From the NCBI GenBank assembly GCA_964270895.1, contig OZ185443.1: a stretch of DNA of 64,000 bases; one strand, 5' to 3'. This document shows, one piece after another, positions 12,376 to 25,130 of this stretch. This stretch comes from Podarcis filfolensis. Lineage: Eukaryota. A program made the translations under genes and the position numbers. The stretch's first letter is position 1. Each line of letters starts with the position of its first letter. The notes below the pieces were generated by a model. The model did not search any database. It was not told the DNA's origin and worked only from the letters and a program-made list of their open reading frames with translations.

Positions 12376-12830
12376 CTGGTGGGAAGAATGCATGTTTACA
12401 AGCACATATATCACAAAAGAGAGACTTGTGAGAGAACCAAGAATGAGTGCATCTTTCTCTGAGGCGAGTTGTTGTTGGCTGCCATGCAGTGTGTCAGATG
12501 GCCCTATGAATCTGACTCAAATATTTGCATGATCTTCTGGATTGCAAACGAATGCCAGAAAGCGATGCCAGCAAGTCTCCTCAGCGATACGATTTTTCTT
12601 GTTCGCTCCAGCTTGCTCAACCTAAACTGACGGCTTTATTCCCATTACATCACAATCAAGTTCCCACCAAGAAGGAGAAAGAGGGGAGCCGCGCTCAAGG
12701 AGGATTCCAACATGATGCTGAATGTTTAAATGCTAGTCCATCACCAGGTCTACCATTTGGGGACAGGAGACACCTTGCCTCTCATAATGGAAGGTCCTAA
12801 TGCACTAAAGATATGGATCACTAAAGATAT

Positions 12831-13180
12831 GGGATGTCGGTGGCGGTGTGGGTTAAACCACAGAGCCTAGGACTTGCCGATCAGAAGGTTGGCGGTTTGA
12901 ATCCCCGTGATGGGGTAAGCTCCCGTTGCTCGGTCCCTGCTCCTGCCAACCTAGAAGCTCGAAAGCACGTCAAAGTGCAAGTAGATAAATAGGTACCACT
13001 CTGGCGGGAAGGTAAACGGCATTTTCGTGCGCTGCTCTGGTTCGCCAGAAGTGGCTTAGTCATACTGGCCACATGACCCGGAAGCTGTACGCCGGCTCCC
13101 TTGGCCAATAAAGCAAGATGAGCGCCGCAACCCCAGAGTCGGCCATGACTGGACCTAATGGTCAGGGGTCCCTTTACCTT
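12831..13180 (+). mobile_element. Sauria SINE (Squam1-type)
   Basis: Full head and tail; taatgcactaaagatatgga on both flanks. Confidence 0.95.
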
Positions 13181-14054
13181 TAATGCACTAAAGATATGGA
13201 TCAGGAGTGGGGAACCTTTTTCCGTCGGAGGGCAGGATTCTGTTTGTTGTCCTTTAAAGATGATGCTGAAACCTATCTTTGATCTTAGAGCTGTGGTCAG
13301 CAATAAGAGGACTGTTGCCTGCTGTTTGATACCAATTGTCTGTTTTGAGCATCAAAGAGCAAAAATAGGTTTATTTCAGATTACACTGCTAAGCACCAGA
13401 ATGGAGAGATCCCATATCTCCAAATTTAAGACTTATGTTGCTGTTTTAAACACTAACAGCAATAACAGATCTCTGCACCTGACATCAGGTGACTGGCAGG
13501 TGGGAGTGGTTTGCCCAAAATGGTATCACGGGCCAAAATCAGAGGTCTGATTGGCCTGGTTATGCCTGGAGACTGGAGGTTCTCCACTGCATATCTAGAT
13601 GAAGAGATAGTCAATAACAGAAGAGTCTGACAAAAGAAGACCTGGTAATTCAGCTTTCTAATCTCACCAAATCACAATACAAACACCTCTTGTAGAAAAT
13701 GCAGGCATAGGGTACCTCATACCTGATCAGATTATTTGTCCATTTCAACCAGAACTGTCTACTTTGACAGGCAGAGATTTCCCTGGGTATCAAGCAGAGG
13801 TCTTTTGTAACATTTGTAACCTAATCCTTCTAACTGGAGCAACTCAGAGCTTCTGGTCAGCTCAGAGCAACATAGTTTCCACTGTAGTTTCCCAGATCGA
13901 TGTTCCTGTTGTCAGAATATGCATACAGTACAGTATTGTATAGTGAATATTGAAAGAGACTTTTATCTTTAGTCAGTAATTTATTTAGAATTTTATTTAT
14001 TTACTTACTTATTGTTCATGATTTATAAAACACAGCAATGAAAGAAAGGGATTA

Positions 14055-14228
14055 NNNNNNNNNNNNNNNNNNNNNNNNNNNNNNNNNNNNNNNNNNNNNN
14101 NNNNNNNNNNNNNNNNNNNNNNNNNNNNNNNNNNNNNNNNNNNNNNNNNNNNNNNNNNNNNNNNNNNNNNNNNNNNNNNNNNNNNNNNNNNNNNNNNNNN
14201 NNNNNNNNNNNNNNNNNNNNNNNNNNNN
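14055..14228. other. Assembly gap (N run)
   Basis: Run of N. Confidence 1.
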
Positions 14229-14861
14229 TCTTCTCTTTGGCTGGTACAAAACTGTTGGAAACAAAAAGGGCTTTGAATAATTAAATAATGTTCCCGTTGT
14301 TACAGTCTTGGGCCTCTGCAGAATTGTTTAAATTCTAGCCTTCATTTTAAGTAAAAAATAAATAAAGATAGAATAATACAAAAAGGAAACGAGATATGGA
14401 GGAAAGGGTAAGTTTTTGTAAGTTGGCTGGGTAAGAAGTCAGGTGTTCACATTGCAGCATTTACTGATTTAGGGCAATATTGTAGCCAGCACACCCTAGA
14501 AGGGCATGTCATATGTCACTAAATATTCTAAATAAAGTTTCCCCTTTAAAGGTGGATTTCATTCTGAAATCCACAAACAGGTCCACAAAGAGACAGAGAG
14601 AGGGGGCTTTCCCTGTGGCAGCCATTAAATTGTGGCACTCCTTCCCCACAAAGATGTCTCTGGCATCTTCGTTGCATTGGCTTCTACTGTACATTGAAGA
14701 TGCACCTCTTTACCCTGCCCTTTGACAGTTACGATATTTTATTTTGTGGGACCAACCTCTTTTATCAACTCAATAATACTCTGCTTTTGATTTGAATGGT
14801 TCTATACCAGTTTACTGGTTCATACAGCTGAATATTGCCCATGGGCCTTATGCTAAACAGC

Positions 14862-15216
14862 AGGTAAAGGACTGCCCGCCCCCCGACAATTAGGTCCAGT
14901 CATGACCGACTCTGGGGTTGTGGTGCTCATCTCGCTTTATTGGCTGAGGGAGCTGGCGTACAGCTTCCGGGTCATGTGGCCAGCATGACTAAGCTGCTTC
15001 TGGCAAAGCAGAGCAGCACACGGAAATGCTGTTTACCTTCCCGCCGGAGCGGTACCTATTTATCTACTTGCACTTGACGTGCTTTCGAACTGCTAGGTTG
15101 GCAGGAGCAGGGACCGAGCAACAGGAGCTCACCCCGTCGTGGGGATTCGAACCGCTGACCTTCTGATCGGCAAGTCCTAGGCCCTGTGGTTTAACCCACA
15201 GCGCCACCCGCGTCCC
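14862..15216 (-). mobile_element. Sauria SINE (Squam1-type)
   Basis: Colinear with 11674-12030. Confidence 0.95.
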
Positions 15217-16669
15217 TCAGACACAGGTAAGAAATTGTTAAATAAATGAAGGAATGCCTTTGTTCAAGTGTTAGAAAACTACAAAGTGCTCTGAATGGTT
15301 CACTGAGGGATGGTCTCCACAACCACCACTCATTGGACAAGTTGACATTTTTACAAATTGTCTGTTGTTGGTTTATTGCTGAATTCGTGGCTAGCTTTTA
15401 CAACACGGAGCATAGAGTATCTTGCATGTCAGATAATTGAGTGCTATTTGATCTCCACCACTCAGTGACTGCAGATGTCAGTACTCATTGAGAAAAATAT
15501 TGTTTGTTCTCTAGTCAGAGTAAATGAGTTTACCTATCTTTTGTGTCCTGTCCTATCCTATCCTCAGGGCTCGTTAGTGAAACTGAATCTCAGACTGTTC
15601 ATTCAGGTCTGCTAGGATTTTTTGGGGGGCGGGGGTTGTAAATATATTCTAAACCTTTACATCTTAAGTAATTTTCTGTTTTCCTCCTAAATTACAGTAG
15701 GCAGCCTAGCTTATAAACAAAAGGACAGACTGTTAATAACATATTTCCTTTTTTTGGACTTTGAATTTCCTTTTGAAGACAAGGGGAAAGAGAGACTATA
15801 TATTGCACATTCAGCCCAAATATAGCATTTGCCAGCCATTTTGTACTCAGTATAACCATAGATAATTTCTGCATTCCAGTGGTATCCATTTCGACATAGG
15901 AGTTTCATTTCAGTGGTCCCATGTGATTATGGGTGAAGCAAAACAGCAGAAAAGCAAAGCTTCAGGACATTCAGTATAAACATTTTTATTCTTGTCTACA
16001 AAAGAAAAGAAAAAAAGAGCAGTGGAATGGTTCAGCTCCAAGCATGGCAGTTTAGAGGATGGAAAAACTTACTGGAGCAGAGGTGAGCAACCACTGTCTC
16101 TAGATGTTGCTAGACTACAACTCCTATCATTCCTGACTATTGAGCTAGATCCTTCTACCTCCCCTGATATTCTGGTGGGTTTATAATTTGATCATCAGAA
16201 AGTCTGGAAATCAAAGAATTTCAGTGACTGTAAAACTTGCCAACAAAAAGCAATGGCATAAAAGTTAACAGAGGAAATGGGAGCAGGGAGTCTGATGAGT
16301 CAGATGGCAGTGACTAAACAGGGTAGATGGTTCTGCAGGCACTGAGACTGCAGACTTGCAGTAAGAAGACAAAGAGCCATTTTCCTTCTGAAATGTGATA
16401 CAGTTCAAAAGCAAGCAGATACAGCTAGGTGAAAACCTGACAGGGCAAGTCCTGCAGTGATAAGCAGTAGTGAGAGGATACAACAGTTGGAAATGGCTTC
16501 AGCCACCAAGCAGGGGTCATCACCAGCAATTAAAAACCTTTCTGTTCTCCCCAGCATTGACTGGACCTTGTTTCTTCAGATCAGTGATTCCCTGTTTACT
16601 GTTTTATTGTATTTAAACAATCTTTATCCTGAGTATATTCAAGATCAGGCCTTTGAACCTTTTATAGTA

Positions 16670-16895
16670 CAGTGGTACCTCGGCTTAAGAACTTAATTTG
16701 TTCTGGAGGTCTGTTCTTAACCTGAAACTGTTCTTAACCTGAAGTACCCTTTAGCTAATGGGGCCTCTCACTGCCGCTGTGCGTGATTTTTGTTCTGAAG
16801 CAAAGTTCTTAGCCCAAGGTACTATTTCTGGCTTTGCGGAGTCTGTAACCTGAAATGTCTGTAACCTGAAGCGTCTGTAACCCAAGGTACCACTG
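16670..16895. mobile_element. Tc1/mariner-type MITE (same family as 6291-6516, inverted)
   Basis: CAGTGGTACC TIRs, TA flanks. Confidence 0.9.
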
Positions 16896-19800
16896 TAAAT
16901 CCTCCTTTCCTTCCAAGATTGGTCTTCCATCTCCCACTGAAATCTGAAATAGCACCCATGCACTTGTTCCCTTCCATTTACAACTGTATCCTTCTAAGTT
17001 CCTATTTCTTCCTGAGCATCCATACTTTCTGTTTCTTATTGAAGGAAGAACAACACCACATCCACAATCTCAGAATACTCCTACGCTTTCTGCTGTGGAA
17101 CATCAAACAAAAAGAGCCTCATGTCACCAAAGGGAGCTAATTGTTAATTGTTCATCAAAAGGTCGTTAGTTTGTGGCACTATTTTTAGCTTCTTTATATC
17201 CGATTGAGGGCAACTGTGACATTTTTAATGAAGGCAAACTGTTAAAAAGGGTTTGTTATCTGGAAGCGTCCATGAAACAGAGACATCCATTTTCCCTTTT
17301 CAGTCAGTTATATATTAGCGATTCAGAAGAAAGGAGTTGAGTTTTGCTCCATACATATTCAACAGTTCTGGCCTCTACTATACCAGTGCATTGTTGATTT
17401 GCCTTTTTCAGAGCTCATAATCACATTCCACCTCTGCTTCAACCATTCATTCAGAGTGCTATGCGGGACCAGCCCTATTGTTAGGGAGAGTGAAGCAGCT
17501 GCCTCAGGCAGCAGTTGCTGGGAATGGGCAGCAGTGGCAAGATGTTGGTGGAGAGAGTGGAGTGTGCCAAATGACCTGCCCTGCAACTACTGCTAGTTTG
17601 CTCCCCTCAGGTACAGTGCAGGCCACTGTTCAATCACACCACTGGTAAAATAAGATCCAGCCACCAGCCTCATCACGGATTCTGCACAGAATTAGGCAGG
17701 GATGCTTTATATTGCCCATTGCCTCAGGCGGAAAAATGTCTTGCGCTAGCCCTGGTGATATGGCAAGTGGATGGATTTGGAGTGGAAATTGGTAAGGGGA
17801 GAGGGAAGGTCAGCAAAAAGAGATTTTGCAGAAGTTGCACAGCTAATGCTAAATGCTTTGTCTTTCTGATTGTTACTGAATCAGCAGCACTATAAGCTGT
17901 TTCTTTTGTTTTCTTTTGGGAGGCAGGCACTCCCACTGCAGTGTCCCCAAAAATGGTTTTTGCAAAGGCCCTCCTTGCCCTACCCACTTTTCTCCACAGA
18001 AAACCCCAGACTGACCATGCAGGCGTGCTAAGGGCCAGGGTAAATGCACAGTGTAAAGCATAGGGGTTAAATAAAGTGGAAAACACACCATGTATTGTCT
18101 TCAGAGCAGCTCACAGACAGGAGGAGAATGAGAAAACCAAGAGTTTCTGCATAGCTTTCATGCCCTTCCTGGAGGGAGCTGGTCTTAGCATTTGCCTTTC
18201 CTGCCATCACAACAGATTTGTAGAGCCATTTTACACAGTTGGGGCAGGAATTTGAGGTGGAAGGACCATCCACATCAGCACGCCACCCAGCTCATACCAG
18301 CAGGATAAAATATAGGATTGCATCTCCCTTTTCCCCCTTGGAAAAAACATTCTTGCTTTGAACCAAATGTATAGAGGGAGATCCACTAAACACTATGGCC
18401 CCTGGGGCACCAGCCTAGGATTCAATCCAATGCACACCAACCTGGGATTAAGTCCTGCCAAATTCAGCAGAGTGTACTTCGTGGTACTTGCACTGTTGGT
18501 TAGTTAGGCGCATCAGCTTCCTATTACTGCATCTGAGGAAGGCAATGGGCTAGTTCACACATTACACTGAGCACAGGTACACCTTGTTGATAGTGCGCAG
18601 ATCCATTAGTGTGCACTCAGGTACAGACTCTGCAGTTACCGAACATTACCGTACAACTCAACTATTTGCATACACATATTACACTAAACCATGGTACAAA
18701 CTGTCTCTACACATGCACAAGTGTTTGTGTGAAAGATTGTATGCTGATTGTGTTCAGCAACAGTTCAATTAATTGTCACAGGTGAATAAAAGTACAAGTG
18801 TACAGTTCAACTTCATATGTGTCCCTGTTGTTATCTGTAAAAGATTTGAATTGATTTATGTATATATGCATATTCGTTTTAACTGTTTTTAGATCTGTAA
18901 ATGTTTTATATATGCTTTTTATTATCTTGTAAATCACTTTGGGATGCCTTGTAGGAAGCAATTCATAAATTAAATTAACAACAACTGTTTCTGTACCTAT
19001 ATTGAATGTTAACCTGTGAACTCACGCCTACACTCGCTGAATGTAACTTGTGAATACCCCTAATACTGACCTACCTTACAAAATTATTGTCAAGAAAGAA
19101 AATGCTTTGAAACACCATATAAATGATGACCATGATGCCTGAGATTGCTGTTGCTCTTATTAACATTCATTTCCCCTTCACGTAGCCTGTTGGACATTGA
19201 TGCCTCTGTAGGATTTCCAAGCCCAGACGCTGCCTTTATAAGAGCTGCCTGGAAGCGAACATTTCACCAAGTGCGGCTTTTCTCACTGTAGTGCCATAAG
19301 TGTCGGGAGCAGCTGTTCCTGGCAGAACTCCCTCATCTATGCATCACTTAAAATAGGCTTGGACTTGGCAACCCCACAGGCCTTTGGCACTCTTGCCTAT
19401 AGTCCTCTGGCTTCCAAAACTCCCTTGCCTGTAGAGTTGCCCATCTCTTTCCCCTGGAGCTGGGCCTGCACTTTTAGCAGCAGTCTGACATGGAAACATT
19501 TCCACTTTTTTAAACAAAGGTTCACCTGCTTAATTAGGCTGGCAAAGCTGCTACTTTGAAATTGACGCACTGGCTTTAAATTCTCTGATGAGGCAGGCAG
19601 TCCGGCAGCCATGATTTATCCTCTTTCCTTCCTCTCCTCAACCACCATCCCAATCCATCCCTGCTATATCAACACAGGCAACATGTTTGGGAGTTCATTT
19701 GAAATTCACCTTTAAAGCTCAAATTTGACAAAGGTAGTATTTTGGTGCCCTTAACTCATATCTAAATGCCAACTATGATCAGAGTTGCAAGGGCCTCATG

Positions 19801-20065
19801 GTTTAACATAGTGGCCAGCAGGCATCTTGAAGCAGTTCCTGGTTCTGATGTCATGGGACGCTATCCTTGATTGCTGCTTTCTGCCTTGTTTCCTTGCATA
19901 AAGGAAGGGAGAAGCAAAGCAAAGCACCTATCTTGGCTTATTAAGCTAACATTTGATTGTCATCCTCACCATAAACTTGTATTGCACTAGCCAAAGGCCA
20001 TGGCATCATCCAAAAACATCCCTAGTCACCACATATAACCATAGTCAAATCAACTAAAATTCTTT

Positions 20066-20494
20066 TTTTTTTAATAAATTTTTATTGATTTTACAACATA
20101 TATTAAAACACAATACAACTAACAATTAACAACACATAAACAAACAAACATATAAACACATATAATTTCTTAACCTCTCTTTCTTGAACCTTGTTTCAAC
20201 GACTTCCCCATACCTCCCTTTTCTGCATCCCTGTTTTAAACTTTTCCAGCAACCCCTAATTTCAATACTTATAATTCAGTTTCTAATCTTTTTCCTCTTA
20301 CCCAATTATTTATCACTGCAATTCTGTTTTACATTACCCATGACATTTTAGCACTCATTAATTTTACAACAGTTCTTAAGATAAACTTTAAATTTCTTCC
20401 AATCTTCTTCCACCGTCTCTTTCCCTTGGTCACGGATTCTGCCAGTCATCTCAGCCAGTCCCATATAGTCAATCATCTTCGTCTGCCACTCTTC
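20066..20494 (-). mobile_element. 5'-truncated L1/Tx1-like LINE 3' end
   Basis: Poly(A) tail preceded by AATAAA; ORF C-terminus EEWQTKMIDYMGLAEMTGRIRDQGKETVEEDWKKFKVYL; 15-bp TSD CAACTAAAATTCTTT at 20051-20065 and 20495-20509. Confidence 0.85.
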
Positions 20495-22519
20495 CAACTA
20501 AAATTCTTTGTCACATAAAATAAAAGGTAGTCCTCCTATAAAATGTACAGATTAAATCTCCAAGTCCCCTTTGCAGCTGACCACAAGTTTATCTAGCTCT
20601 TTCACCCTAATCTTCCTAGCTACTAACACCTAGAGAGGTACTTTATAAGTTACAGAGTCATCGGCATCGCTCAGCAGCCATTTCACCCTCTCTGCCCTGG
20701 TTAAATTGGTTTCCTTCATGATTAGAGGTTTTATAAATCGATTTCTTGGGTCTGTATATAGTGGACATTGCAGTAAGTAATGGTATGTCTTCTACAGATG
20801 GTTGCTTACACACACAACCTTTTCATAGGGTATTTTATTGTACCGTCCATCTAGAACTGCTACGAACATCAATTCGAAGCACAGTTCTTTGGAGGAGAAT
20901 CTTAATGAGGCAAATGGAAGTTTCGAAAGTGCACTGATTTAATAAGTGGAAACTGTGGTGAACACTTTGAGGAAGTAATCGTAGTTAAGTCTTTTTCCAC
21001 TTCAGTCCCAAAGAGCCAATCCCTTAATTGCCCCTTATCCAGGGACAATTCATGTTCAGGGAGACATGGAGCTCTTGTAGATGAGATTGGGTCAGGGAAC
21101 ATTGGATACCAGCTTTCCAGTGGTGAGTTTGTTCCATTTCTCTGTGGCACAAGGTGGGAAATCTCTCATCGGAGTTTTTTCATAGAATTTAGGCACAAAT
21201 AGTCAATTCTAGCATGTATCATTGTCACACCAACTCCCACATGGAGGAGGGTAGCTGAAGTCCTGGTGGGAAGGTAAAGTGCTTTGCTTGCATTTGTATC
21301 AATATCCCCACCTCTGCACCATCTGAGGCACCACTTTACTAATAATGATTTTAAACACAGGTTTGAACAACCGTCCACCCACTGTGAGATAGAATTTCAT
21401 CAATGCCCTGCAGGCTTTCTGAATGTGGCCAGAAAGCAATGACAGTTGTAGGCTCCTTCCAGACTTTCTGTTGAACATGTAAATGATGGAGCCATCAGAT
21501 GCAATCCCATTCATCCTCCTGCCCACTCCTATCCAGCTCTCCGTATCCATGGAAATGTGTCACGGACATATATCCTTAAGAGAATAAGAAGAGTCCTGCT
21601 GGGCGAGGCCAGGGGCTTTCTAGCCCAGTATCCTGTTTTCACAGTGGCCAGCCACATGCCTATGGAAAGCCTGCAAACAGAACCTGAGTGTTCTCCACAC
21701 TTTCAACTCTACACCACAACGACTGATATTCAAAGGCATGCTGCCTGTGACTTTAGATGTAGAGTTTATTTATATGTATTTTTATATATGCTAAAGTTGA
21801 GGCTTTCAGTATATGCAACAACTGTGCTAGTGTTTGCAGAGAAACATGGGCAGAGAGTGCCGATACGGATCAGTTTACAGGTAACATATTTTTCACAATA
21901 TTTCTCCTCGGCAATATGGATCAGCCATTTGCTATGTTCAGAAAACAGTGCCAAAGAAGAATCTTGTGAAATCTTATTTTTGATTGCTGCAATGATGGTC
22001 AACCAATTGCCCTCGGAACATATTGCCATGGGCCTTGGTTGCTTTTGGTTGCTGTTGATTTTCCTCTGTGTATTGAGCAACGTTAACGTTTCCCTAAGAT
22101 CTGGCGTTGCATTTTCTGAAGCAGGGCGCTGCAAGTATTCTTTTCCCACAGTGTTAATCTGAGGGAGGAGGCCAGAGACTTGGACAAGTCGGATCTCAAC
22201 CCAGTGTATCATTTCTCTAAATACTATTGCTGTGAGTAAGGGCAAGCGGATATAGATCATTCATCTCTCTCTCTCTCCCCCCGCCACCTGCCGCCCTGTT
22301 CCTCTTCATAGCATGTGCCTAAGGCTACATCACACAGTACTGGCAAGCAGGTACATGTTAAAAGAGATGAAATGTAGTGTAGTATCAAGCTATGCAGTTA
22401 AAAAATGATGGAAGGGTTGTTTCATGGGATTCCAGTGACTGGACCGTGAATGCTTTTCTATCTTTATGTGGAGTGTGACGTTGTGATAAGAGAACCCTGA
22501 AGTTTCTTGTTGCACTTAC

Positions 22520-22620
22520 AACTTTCTTTCCGACTTCAGTTGTTGCTGGTGGAAATGTTTGTCAATGGTCTTGCCTTTAACACCACTATTTAAGTCAGCG
22601 TCTGAAAATTACCAGCTTCC
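22520..22620 (-). other. Splice-bounded segment (candidate exon; alternative acceptor gives 22520-22601)
   Basis: Acceptor ctgccacgcttctttcaag|, donor |gtaagtg; coding status unclear. Confidence 0.3.
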
Positions 22621-24959
22621 CTTGAAAGAAGCGTGGCAGAGAAACAGCTAAAAAAAAAGGTAAACATATATTTTGAACTACACTGAAACACCTGGTTGGC
22701 TGCTGCCTAAGACCAAATAAACAAATAAATAAATCAGCAATTAAAGATAGAATGAACTTCAAAGGAGACTTTCCTCTTACTGTGGTCATTTATGCTCTTA
22801 TGGGTGGTCGGGTTGCTGGGTGGGGAAACCAAGTTAATCGCTAACATTTTATTTACACGGCAGGAGTTCTTTGCATGCTCTAGAATGTGTTTATATTCCT
22901 AGGGCCTTTTTAGACTAAATCATATAGTCTTAAGTACAGATATGGGTTGCTTGGGAAAGCCTATTACACATGTATATTCAACATAAAAGGCACGGCTGAT
23001 GAAAAAGAAAGCCACAGAGGGTGTATAAATCTGTCCATCCAGTTTGTAATGACCAATTTCTTTTACCCGCCAAGCAGCCTCTTTTCATTCTCAGTTTTGC
23101 AAGATTAAAATCTTTCTGTATGGGTGAGGGGAGGGGAAGGAGGGGGTTGTCTTCAGAGTTTCTGGAGATTGGCTACTTCACTTTTCAAATTATTGCTGAC
23201 TTCAGTGTGTGGTTATGAATCTTTCAAATCGCCCATAAACAAAACCCAAGTTCCTCTACTCAAAATCTCTCTTGCATTCTCTCTGATATTGCAGATTTAC
23301 ATTCGGAACAGTAGAATAAGCTAGCTACGAAGAATGTTAGCTATACTTTGATTTGAAATGTGAGCAACTTTACGCTTTCACTTTTCCAATAATCTCATGG
23401 CTTCACTCAGCTCTTTGCTCTCCTCATCCCACCAGTTAATCTTTCTAATATCACTGCATCCTTTGAATTTGATTGTCTGCAAACAGTTTTGGAAAGAAAA
23501 TATAGTTGCCACAGCATAATTTTCAGCACGGTCCTCTTCATTTTATAAAGTTCATTGTGTGCATAAAAAGAAACCAGGGGCTGAACAATAGAGTTCCCTT
23601 GTTGTTGCTCATTTCTGTGAAGGGACTTCAAGTGATCCCTTCAATATGCATAATTCCCACACAAAATGCAAAATGATAAACAGGACCATTTACTGATAGC
23701 CTCATTCATGTGATGAAACAACAATTTCACTCTATACTGCATGGAAAAAAAGAAGGTTTTTGAATTCATAAGTAGTATTTGCATTCTAAAGGACTGAAAA
23801 CTCCTTCAGGTTTATCATATATCTGGCAGCCACTGCACAGGGCACTATATACGCAAAGTTGATTTCCATTTCCTTTTAATGTAACCTGCCCTGACATCTG
23901 TGGGTGATGTGCAGGATGGGGGGGGAGAATTGCTCTGAAATAAATAAGTACCATGTAGCTAGAATTTGTATTTCAATATATATTTTTAAGTCTGCCATTC
24001 TGCCCAAAAATATTTATTGTGAAATGCTCAAAATCGGAGGCATTAGACCTGGATGCAGACCAGATTACTCTGCTAAATTTGACAGATGCAAAACCAATGG
24101 GAGACATTTGGATCAGATCACATGTTGAAATACCCTGCTCAGAGCAAGCACATAAGAAATGGCAAGGAACGCCAAGAGCTTCAAAAAGACTAGTGAAGTT
24201 TCCTACGGCATGAGATGACATCCCTGGGTTGCCATTAAAGTTTTAGCTAAAACAAAATGTGAGCAGAAAGCAGTTGTTGCTTGGGGGGAAGAAACAGTAT
24301 CCAATGCATTTCTAGAAGAAAGAAGACTTTTGGTATACCGTAAGAGTAGCAAAATTTACCACGGAGGTCCCAAGATGCCCTACTCAATAGTGATACTCTC
24401 TAGCCTCTTTCAGATTGAATGAGTTCAAATGAATTCTTGTGAAATAGATCAGGTTGCAGGTTCATCAAAACATGCACTTTCATTTGAAGGTGTACATATA
24501 TCCTATGTGCGTAGAAATGTTTGCACATGAAGGTCTCTTCACACCATGAGGAATCATAATTCCTAATGACACCAGAGTAAGGACTTTGCTCATTTAATTG
24601 CATGTGTGTAGGTGTTATTCAGACCTTCAAAGGAATGTGTGTGTGTAGACCAGGGACAGGACCTTTCACAGTAGTTCCACTCCTTCCTACATACCTGTTC
24701 AGTAAACATTGGTTGGGAAAGACAGGTCTCCACTTTTCACTTCCACTAGGATTCCACAGTTTTCAAGTTAAGTTCCAGGTGGACCCAACCCAGGGCAATC
24801 CATGGCTGCCTCCCCCCACTCTGGCTGAATCCCAGGTCAGTCTGAAAAAATCCAATTTGATTCAGGATCCAGGATTCAGCCCTACTTTATACATCTTCCC
24901 AGGGCCTTCTCAGTGGTCATGCCCAGCCTGTGGAACGCCCTCCCACCAGATGTCGAGAA

Positions 24960-25130
24960 AATAAACAACTATCTGACTCGTAGAAGACATCTGAAGGCAG
25001 CCCTGTATAGGGAAGTTTTTAATGTTTGATGTTTTCCTGCATTGGGTGTTTTAATTTACTGCAAGCCGCCCAGAGTGGCTGAGGCAACCAGACAGATGGG
25101 CAGCATATAAATCATAAATTGTATTATTAT
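24960..25130 (+). mobile_element. L2 LINE 3' end relic
   Basis: catctgaaggcagccctgtatagggaagtttttaatg...gccgcccagagtggct, similar to 60320-60530. Confidence 0.7.

Noticed and set aside
14038-14280. ORFs spanning N runs (also 62115-62404)
   Set aside because: Artefacts of assembly gaps.
19186-19270. DAAFIRAAWK resembling a globin A-helix
   Set aside because: Only a few residues match, there are no further globin exons, and the donor is weak.
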